In this document: piece after piece, positions 57,791-64,000 of the stretch
Position numbering within the stretch: position 1 is the stretch's first letter
Layout of the letters: the number at the start of each line of letters is the position of its first letter
The notes under the pieces: model-generated
The model's input: the letters and a program-made list of their open reading frames with translations, nothing else
Told to the model about the DNA's origin: nothing
Databases searched by the model: none
Origin: a virus
Reading direction: 5' to 3' (one strand)
IMG/VR virus record: IMGVR_UViG_3300023223_000599
Coordinates: 1-64,000 of that record
DNA: 64,000 nucleotides
Program-made: the position numbers and the translations under genes

Positions 57791-58216
57791 TCACTTTACT
57801 TCGTTATACTCAAATTCAACTGAGAAATTGAACTGATAAAATTCCCCCACTGGGTCAATCTCTCTTATTGTGCCGTTGCGAAACCAAACATCACACGGTG
57901 TTCGTATTCCTGCATAAGCATCGTCCATTATCTTACCAAGTGCATATCCAGAATCCAAGCCATCGCCCACACTTATGAATATTTGAACAACTAACATTCC
58001 AAATCTATCATATGATTTGACATCATCACCCATGGCAGCCTGCCCACCATCTAAGTGCTTAATAATTACACGGGCCCAGTCACCTCTTCCAGCGGGCACC
58101 TTCTTCTGTATGTTCGGAAAGATAACCCTGTCGATATCTTTACCCGCTGTTGTTGCCCATGCAACTCTGAACACAGCTAAGATATCGTCAACCGCTTGCT
58201 TATATGTCGCGCTCAT
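57791..58216 (-). CDS. tail terminator-like protein (gpU position; DUF4128-like)
   Basis: 141 aa immediately upstream of the tube gene. The pattern W.RVIIKH..G......RFGMLVVQIF resembles that family. Confidence 0.5.
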   Translation of the reverse strand: MSATYKQAVDDILAVFRVAWATTAGKDIDRVIFPNIQKKVPAGRGDWARVIIKHLDGGQAAMGDDVKSYDRFGMLVVQIFISVGDGLDSGYALGKIMDDAYAGIRTPCDVWFRNGTIREIDPVGEFYQFNFSVEFEYNEVK

Positions 58217-58623
58217 CGTTTGACACCTATGAAATATAAAAGCGTTCTATCGGCTGGCCTCAATTTCTGAACGCCAACAATCTTCCATTCTGTATCACCA
58301 TCAATCACTTCGCTGAAATCTTCAAGGTCATCAGTAATATCGTTGCCTGGGGCAACCTGCAAAATTTGTTGAGATTTGATAACTAAATCATCACTAATTG
58401 TCATAAGGCCCAATTGAACAAGGCTTGATGGGTTCACAAATATAGCCTTTGTGGTCACCTTTTTATCAGGGTTGTCACGTGATGACAGTGGGCCCTCCCA
58501 TTCTTTACCAACTGTTTTTGGCGTCTTGCCAAATTCAATAATGTCTACAGTACGCCCACCCGTATCAATCTCTTCCCTGGCAAACAGGGCCATTTCCTCG
58601 TATTCTTCGGCGGTGAAGCTCAT
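58213..58623 (-). CDS. head-tail joining protein (positional)
   Basis: 136-aa ORF with ATGA overlaps on both sides, between the adaptor and the terminator-like genes. Confidence 0.5.
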   Translation of the reverse strand: MSFTAEEYEEMALFAREEIDTGGRTVDIIEFGKTPKTVGKEWEGPLSSRDNPDKKVTTKAIFVNPSSLVQLGLMTISDDLVIKSQQILQVAPGNDITDDLEDFSEVIDGDTEWKIVGVQKLRPADRTLLYFIGVKR

Positions 58624-60251
58624 GCTCTTATCGTTCTAAAACCACCTGATTTCAAAATTGGCTTTAAGATCTCATTCACTTTTTGGAAAGATTTCTTCTG
58701 AACAACTCCGCTTTGATAATGAATCTCTTTTTCAAGTGATGCAACCTTCTTGCGCTCCTGAATAACTAGGCCTTGTTGAGTTAAATCAACATTAAAGATG
58801 TCAGTCGTGATTGCTCTCACAGACATCTCAATTGTTGCCGTTTTCAATTCCTGGGGAATCTCATCAGTGTCAATTGTAAATCCGTTTTTACTGAAGGCGC
58901 CAACACGGGGCCAATTAAGTGCCTGTTCTTTTGTGCCTTGACTGCCTACCCATTTTGAAAAGAATGTTGTGTCGATGTATTGTGTGGCTTCTCTCAAAGC
59001 TGTTTCCCTGTTGTCTTCACCGCCTTCTAAAGTGGCAGTTGCGAAGGTTGTCAAACCATCAGAGGCGGCGACGACTGTCACAACACTATTTGCCGTTGTG
59101 CCTCCTACAAGGGCCTCAATATTTAAATCGCCTGATGTTTGATCAACACTCAAGCAGGTCACATTAGGATCTGGAGTTGTTGCCGCTGGCAATCCTGGGT
59201 TGTTTATTGTGTCGCCAACAATCGCATCACAAAGATTTTGCCTTGATGTAGCCAAGTCACCACCAATAGGAATGAGGCCGTCAAAGTTATGAATAGGCGC
59301 TGTGTGCCAGTAATAAAATTTTGATCCTATTTGGATTTCATCACCATTCACTCCAAGTGTTGTTGTTCCCAGTGTACCCGCGTCAAATTTATTGTTTCCA
59401 CTTGTAAATGCTGAAGTTGTCACTAAGGCATTGCCTAATACTCCACGAACAGAGGCGGTAATGACAAGATCGTTTCCTGAGAATGGGTTGTCAAAAGCTA
59501 CATCAGAAGGTGAAACAGTTCCCGCTGAATACTCAACACCCTCGGTTCCTGTTAAAGTAAGCGCCTTGAATATGTTGCTTTGAGTTGTCGCTACGTCAGC
59601 GCCTATTTCAATATGATTAGGGTTTGAAGACAATTCTCCATTTGTGTCCAACTCATATTGAATATCATTTATTGTGAATTTGTCGCCATCAGATCCGCCT
59701 GTCAAAGTCGCGCCTGACTGGCCTATATTTGCCCCACTCGATGCGAGTGTCACAGAGTTCGCGGCCACACCTCCGTTTAAAGCTGTGAGAGATGCGTCAT
59801 TGCCTGCACGTGCGCCAGAAACTTTTGGATGAGGTGTTGTGCCCGGGCCTACAGTTGAAAGATTAAGTCCTAAAACAGCATCAGCTAAGTTTTGAGCTGA
59901 AAAGCCCGCGCCTGATGAAAGTTCGACATCAAATGCAACTGAAACTGAAGATCGAAACGTATAAACCACTCCGTCAATTGTAGCCGTGTCACCATCAAAA
60001 GTTTCACCACTAAATTGTATGGCTCCTGTTGCCTTCACATTACCCACTGGCTGATCAACAACTGTCAACGTTCCTTCGGCATGTGTTTGTGGTGTTGGCT
60101 GTGAATTAATGGTGAGCTTGTTGGATGCCTTCACATCTACAAATGTTGATGGAATGCCGCCGTGTAACGCCAAATAGGCTTCTGCCTCCGCTACGCTTGA
60201 GTAACTTTCAGAATCAATTTTTCCTGTGCCATCTTCAGCTATTAATGTCAT
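58620..60251 (-). CDS. head-tail adaptor (gp6/DnaT_2-like ends) with a large internal repeat insertion
   Basis: Start set to ATG 60251 (ATGA overlap). The N-terminus is DSESYSSVAEAEAYLALHG. The C-terminus is EALREATQYIDTTFFSKWVGSQGTKEQALNWPRVGA...IPQELKTATIEMSVRA. Between them lie three copies of a roughly 60-90-aa Gly/Thr-rich repeat. Confidence 0.6.
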   Translation of the reverse strand: MTLIAEDGTGKIDSESYSSVAEAEAYLALHGGIPSTFVDVKASNKLTINSQPTPQTHAEGTLTVVDQPVGNVKATGAIQFSGETFDGDTATIDGVVYTFRSSVSVAFDVELSSGAGFSAQNLADAVLGLNLSTVGPGTTPHPKVSGARAGNDASLTALNGGVAANSVTLASSGANIGQSGATLTGGSDGDKFTINDIQYELDTNGELSSNPNHIEIGADVATTQSNIFKALTLTGTEGVEYSAGTVSPSDVAFDNPFSGNDLVITASVRGVLGNALVTTSAFTSGNNKFDAGTLGTTTLGVNGDEIQIGSKFYYWHTAPIHNFDGLIPIGGDLATSRQNLCDAIVGDTINNPGLPAATTPDPNVTCLSVDQTSGDLNIEALVGGTTANSVVTVVAASDGLTTFATATLEGGEDNRETALREATQYIDTTFFSKWVGSQGTKEQALNWPRVGAFSKNGFTIDTDEIPQELKTATIEMSVRAITTDIFNVDLTQQGLVIQERKKVASLEKEIHYQSGVVQKKSFQKVNEILKPILKSGGFRTIRA

Positions 60252-60976
60252 TGTAAAAACCAATACGCTCGAACAGTGTTGCCCTTTTTACCATCAGCCA
60301 ATGCGGCCTTCATGCCACCCATGCCACGTGCTGCGGGGCCTGGATGAGTTACGCCACCACCAGAAATATCAAGCATTGTACCGGGATCGTATTCAAGAGT
60401 TTTGCTTATGCCACCACCCAAGCTTGAATAAAGTCTTGTCGAGGTTCCACCAACATCTTCAACAATCTGTTGGTTATTTGTTGATGTCGTTACACCATCA
60501 CCTGATTGATTGACAAAAGCCCTACTCATTTTATACATTTTTTGATTGCTTGAGTTATCCGCATCTACATGATACATCTGATTTCCAACAAAGCCAACGC
60601 CACGTGGCTGTGTGGATACAGAAGTGACACCAGATCCCGACAAGTTTAAAAGAGTGTCTTTGTCAAACTCATAGAATTTATTACCAGTGTTCTCACATAT
60701 GGCAAGCATGTCATAAGTGGCACCAACTCCAGTAACGTCATTATTTGGAAGACTTGCGCCACCGCCAGACAAATCAAGAAGCGTGTCAGGATCAATTTCA
60801 AGAATTTTATTGTTAGATGAAGTGGCTGTCCAAAGACGTGTTTCATCTCCGCCAATGCCACGTGGATCTTCAAACGGGGCGACAACACCGCCGCCTGTCA
60901 AATCAAGAAGAGTATCTAAATCAAGCTCATAGATTTTATCATTGCTTTCATCAGTCGTGAAAAGTCTATCAGACAT
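60248..60976 (-). CDS. repeat protein, propeller-like (five ~45-aa repeats)
   Basis: Recurring K(I/F/M)YE.D.DTLL.LSGGGV....P.G(I/V)G units, for example KIYELDLDTLLDLTGGGV, KILEIDPDTLLDLSGGGA, KFYEFDKDTLLNLSGSGV and TLEYDPGTMLDISGGGV. Confidence 0.65.
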   Translation of the reverse strand: MSDRLFTTDESNDKIYELDLDTLLDLTGGGVVAPFEDPRGIGGDETRLWTATSSNNKILEIDPDTLLDLSGGGASLPNNDVTGVGATYDMLAICENTGNKFYEFDKDTLLNLSGSGVTSVSTQPRGVGFVGNQMYHVDADNSSNQKMYKMSRAFVNQSGDGVTTSTNNQQIVEDVGGTSTRLYSSLGGGISKTLEYDPGTMLDISGGGVTHPGPAARGMGGMKAALADGKKGNTVRAYWFLQ

Positions 60977-60978
60977 TT

Positions 60979-61290
60979 TTAAGCATTTCTTACTGCAATA
61001 ATGTCAGCCTTTATAATGTCTGCAGCGGCTTCTTCAATAATTTCAATTGAATCATTGGCATATGTGTTTGTGTCGATAAGTTCTTGAAGTTTGTCCATGC
61101 GATTGTTCAAAACTGTCTCATTATCGAGGGGTAGTACTTGGGCATAATCTCCATTGCTGTCATTTCCCTGTGAAGACAAACGGCCTAAGTCACTCTTTTT
61201 GAATCCATAGGCAGACCATAAAACGGCCCCTTTGTGTTTTTCAAGAAACAAATCTTTTAAAGGTACGTTTTTAACAAGAACATATTTCAT
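60979..61290 (-). CDS. hypothetical head-module protein
   Basis: 103-aa ORF. Confidence 0.55.
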   Translation of the reverse strand: MKYVLVKNVPLKDLFLEKHKGAVLWSAYGFKKSDLGRLSSQGNDSNGDYAQVLPLDNETVLNNRMDKLQELIDTNTYANDSIEIIEEAAADIIKADIIAVRNA

Positions 61291-61291
61291 A

Positions 61292-61642
61292 TTAAATCAT
61301 TCCTAATTCTGCAGTTTTTGATTCTGCAACACTTTGCTTGAGCTTGATAAAAGGACATGCTGCGGCCTCTGTTATATCAAGTGAATTATCTGTTGCTGAA
61401 TCAAGAGAAACGCCTTGTATCAATCTGAATGTTCCGCCTGGAGTTTGAGCGCCCAACAATGTGTAAACCGCCGTTCCGGTTGGAACCGACAAGCATAGAA
61501 GGCCAAAGTTTTGTTTTTCAATAACTGTAGAAGTGTCACCGGCACCATCAAACACAATCTGATCTGAACGTGAAGGCCTACGTGTCGGCTGCTTTGGTTC
61601 AGCTTTGACTTCTCTTAATTTTGTTACAACGGCATCTGCCAT
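61292..61642 (-). CDS. hypothetical head-module protein
   Basis: 116-aa ORF with AGGAGAACACC before the ATG. Confidence 0.6.
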   Translation of the reverse strand: MADAVVTKLREVKAEPKQPTRRPSRSDQIVFDGAGDTSTVIEKQNFGLLCLSVPTGTAVYTLLGAQTPGGTFRLIQGVSLDSATDNSLDITEAAACPFIKLKQSVAESKTAELGMI

Positions 61643-61655
61643 GGTGTTCTCCTAT

Positions 61656-62327
61656 TTATTGGCCGGGGGCAATTGTGCGAGTTGATCGGGGCCTGTCAGC
61701 AAGGGCTTTATCAAGCGCCGATGGGGCAACTTTTCCAGTAATACCAAGAACTTTTTGGGCTCCTTGTTGCTTCAAATATCTGTCCCTGCGTTGCTTCTTT
61801 TGGCTTTCAATATATGCCATTCTTGCTTTTTGGTCATCAATATGACTGTTTTGCATGACTGTTTGATTTGCTTCGATTTGCGCTTGTTGGGCTTCTGCAA
61901 GCTCAGCATCAATCGCTGCTTTTTTGGCTGAGATATCATCAACCTTTTTGTTTGCAATGGCCAAATTTTCTTTGCGCCTTTTAGCTTCATCAACCATGGC
62001 TTGGCCTTCGTCTTCTGCATCTTGTTCAGAGGCAACAGGGGCTTCTTCTGTGGCTTCTGGCGCTGTTTCAACAGGTGGAATGGGGCTTTCACTGTCTTCT
62101 TCAACCTGTTCTTCAGGAGTTGTTTCTTCTTCTGGTTTTTCATCACCAGGAAACTCTAAATTTGTTCGACAAAAACGAGGGGCCACGGCAAGGACATCGT
62201 CACGATTGATTGAGCTTGTGCCCACCAACTCTTCAACGGCCTTCATGGCAGCATCGCCGTCATTCGTCCAATGATCATCATTTGATGGGTCGAGTAGTTT
62301 TAAAGCTTCAATAATTTTCATGGTCAT
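61656..62327 (-). CDS. acidic Pro/Glu-rich coiled-coil protein
   Basis: 223 aa. EEQVEEDSESPIPPVETAPEATEEAPVASEQDAEDEG is followed by a coiled coil. Confidence 0.6.
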   Translation of the reverse strand: MTMKIIEALKLLDPSNDDHWTNDGDAAMKAVEELVGTSSINRDDVLAVAPRFCRTNLEFPGDEKPEEETTPEEQVEEDSESPIPPVETAPEATEEAPVASEQDAEDEGQAMVDEAKRRKENLAIANKKVDDISAKKAAIDAELAEAQQAQIEANQTVMQNSHIDDQKARMAYIESQKKQRRDRYLKQQGAQKVLGITGKVAPSALDKALADRPRSTRTIAPGQ

Positions 62328-62350
62328 AAATATCCTTTATTCTCTTATTC

Positions 62351-63160
62351 TTATACCAAGGTGTCGATATCTGACGTGGCTTGGATTGTTTCATAATGGT
62401 TTGTCTTCAATAATTCGTGCATGTCGTGATCAACTCCACCCTTCACAAGGCTGTGTGTTCCGGTTCCCGTGTCAGTAATGACCTCCTTGGGCCCACCTCT
62501 TTCACGTGACAATGTGAAGTCATTGGCATCAATAACATTCACCCAATAATCTGTGCTTGCGGCCAAAAGACCTGCAGGCAATGTTGTTGTTGAGCTTAAA
62601 TGATACGGGCCTTCACTTTCTGTGATTCCGTGTGATGCAGCGGTTAATTTTCCATCAATACCACCTGATAAAGTAGCGCCTCCCCAAGATCCGTTGGTTA
62701 AACCTTCGGTTGTCACGATAGAGTTTGATGCTGTGCCAAATAGTTTTGCTGTGACATCCATGGTGTCACCGGCACCAGCGGCGGCAATCACATCTTTATT
62801 GATTGTCATGCGGTCAGCGTAAAGAGTGCCGAAACCAGCACCAAGAACAATGGCCGCAATAAGGTTGTCAAGCGAATCAGTGGCCGCGGCGCCAATAAGC
62901 ACATTGCCGTCTTCGTTTGTTAAAACTGTTTGAAATTTGTATACCCTATCGCCAATGGTTACAATTTCATTGTTAAGGGGCTGGCCGGTCAAAGTCAACG
63001 TTTCCGCTGCCTGAACATCGGCGGTTGCTACGAAATCATCAGAAGTTCCGGTTCCACCAATGGCTGTCACAATACGGGCAAGCCATGCCTTGATCTTTCT
63101 ACCATGACGAATACGGGGAAATCTTCCGTGTCTTTTGTGCTTTTGTCTTGTTACAGTCAT
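62351..63160 (-). CDS. virion-associated protein carrying one copy of the adaptor repeat module
   Basis: 269 aa. GGAGAGG lies 7 nt before ATG 63160. It has a basic N-terminus. NEIVTIGDRVYKFQTVLTNEDGNVLIGAAATDSLDNLIAAIVLG matches the repeats in the 58620..60251 product. Confidence 0.65.
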   Translation of the reverse strand: MTVTRQKHKRHGRFPRIRHGRKIKAWLARIVTAIGGTGTSDDFVATADVQAAETLTLTGQPLNNEIVTIGDRVYKFQTVLTNEDGNVLIGAAATDSLDNLIAAIVLGAGFGTLYADRMTINKDVIAAAGAGDTMDVTAKLFGTASNSIVTTEGLTNGSWGGATLSGGIDGKLTAASHGITESEGPYHLSSTTTLPAGLLAASTDYWVNVIDANDFTLSRERGGPKEVITDTGTGTHSLVKGGVDHDMHELLKTNHYETIQATSDIDTLV

Positions 63161-63188
63161 GATAAAACCTCTCCAAAATAACAGCGAT

Positions 63189-63220
63189 AAAAAAGAGGGA
63201 GAGGCGCGTGGCCTCTCCCT
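63189..63220 (-). terminator. strong rho-independent terminator after the capsid gene
   Basis: Coding strand reads GGGAGAGGC-CACGC-GCCTCTCCC, a 9-10-bp GC-rich stem, followed by TCTTTTTTAT. It lies 19 nt after the stop at 63239. Confidence 0.8.
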
Positions 63221-63238
63221 TGGTTCTTTTGGTTTTTC

Positions 63239-64000
63239 TTAAGCTTCTGTTGTGATCAAACGGGCAATCTTGATTTGCTTGCGCTCTGGGAACACTCGGC
63301 TCCAAGTAGCGGCTGCGGCAAGAGTGGCGTTTGAAGGGTTGGCGCCTGCAGCGATGTAGGCGTGGCCTACAGGGTGCATTGACCAAGCAACTCGGTTGTG
63401 AAGAATGCTTTGACCACCACCGTCACCAGAAGCGGGTTTTCTGTCAAGTTCGGTTGCAATCTTGGGGGCACCAACACCCATTCTCATGGCACCGGCACCA
63501 AAAATCCAACTTTCATAGTTGTTTCCAGATTTGGGCATACTGTCATCTTTGATCACAAGGCGGTTTTGAAAGAAGGGAATCTCAACCTTGGCTTCAGAAT
63601 CGACAATGAAGTCAATCAAGTTGTTTTTCTTCATACGTGCAAAAACAGTTGAGTGAACCATCAAGATTCCAAGGCCATCTTCAGAATCACCCATGGTCAA
63701 AAGGGTGTCAATGAAGGCATCAGCTGAGAAATCAGTGACACCAGGGGCATATGCACCAGTGATATCAACGGTCAAGTCACTTTGAATGTGAGTGTCACCA
63801 CCAGTTGGGGCAGCATCATTGTCTGCGAACACACCGGCCATTGTGTTGATGAAAAGAGCCTGTTCACGGCGCTTCCAATAGTTTTCAACACGGCTTTCAA
63901 TGGCGCCAAGAGGGTCATCCCCTGAAATCATTGCGGCAAGATCCATCTCTGCCCATGACTGGTTACGGTCCAAACGAACCGCGATTTCATTAGAGGTGCC
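63239..64000 (-). CDS. major capsid protein, C-terminal part (5' end beyond window edge)
   Basis: The frame stays open to base 64000 (GTSNEIAVRLDRNQSW...); the track start is an internal TTG. The call rests on its position as the last gene before a strong terminator and ahead of the head-tail genes. It also rests on my recollection that stretches like VIKDDSMP...GAGAMRMG...GGGQSILHNR resemble HK97-fold coat proteins. Confidence 0.55.
   Translation of the reverse strand, partial: GTSNEIAVRLDRNQSWAEMDLAAMISGDDPLGAIESRVENYWKRREQALFINTMAGVFADNDAAPTGGDTHIQSDLTVDITGAYAPGVTDFSADAFIDTLLTMGDSEDGLGILMVHSTVFARMKKNNLIDFIVDSEAKVEIPFFQNRLVIKDDSMPKSGNNYESWIFGAGAMRMGVGAPKIATELDRKPASGDGGGQSILHNRVAWSMHPVGHAYIAAGANPSNATLAAAATWSRVFPERKQIKIARLITTEA

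Noticed and set aside
8188-62822. All plus-strand track ORFs (e.g. 8188..8415, 32288..32728, 44249..44665, 52050..52679, 61924..62274)
   Set aside because: Each is fully embedded antisense to a well-supported minus-strand gene. They lack Shine-Dalgarno sequences and give low-complexity or odd-composition translations typical of shadow frames.
63126-63150. Promoter-motif-like string CACAAAAGACAC at the 5' end of the 269-aa gene
   Set aside because: It lies inside coding sequence (encodes TRQKHKRH), and no -10-like hexamer sits at the right spacing.
1-64000. CRISPR array, diversity-generating retroelement, retron or transposon
   Set aside because: No short regularly spaced repeats are present; the repeated leaders and promoters are kilobases apart. 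There are no reverse-transcriptase or transposase motifs, and no template/variable repeat pair near the fibre genes.

Overview
The window reads as most of a tailed dsDNA phage genome, siphovirus-type with a lambda-like tail-tip module. Every gene I can support is on the minus strand, so transcription runs from 64000 down to 1.

Gene order in the direction of transcription:
- 64000-42400: end of the head module (major capsid protein cut by the window edge, strong terminator after it), head-tail joining genes, a large tail tube gene, G/GT chaperones with a canonical -1 slippery site, tape measure, gpM/L/K/I/J-like tip genes, fibre and fibre-assembly genes, and two lipoprotein genes.
- 42322-20687: replication and recombination module. 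It contains an SNF2-family helicase interrupted by an intein, a RecD/Dda-like SF1 helicase, an AEP-primase/SF3-helicase fusion, VRR-NUC, HNH, a DEDDy exonuclease, an HslV-like Ntn hydrolase and a CheY-like receiver.
- 20635-1346: about 70 small, tightly overlapping genes, many of them zinc-ribbon or membrane mini-proteins, plus ASCH, DUF1643-like and DUF2384-like domains.
- 1254-1: small and large terminase. terL runs off the left edge and is missing from the ORF track.

Twelve sigma70-like promoter candidates share a common architecture. Five intrinsic-terminator candidates and one tRNA-shaped element are also present.

I could not recognise an integrase, a CI-type repressor, a DNA polymerase, an endolysin, a CRISPR array or a reverse transcriptase.

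All plus-strand ORFs in the track look like shadow frames of minus-strand genes. All domain calls come from motif recognition by eye, with no searches run. Starts were re-assigned where ATGA/TAATG coupling or a conserved Shine-Dalgarno leader indicated a different start from the ORF track.
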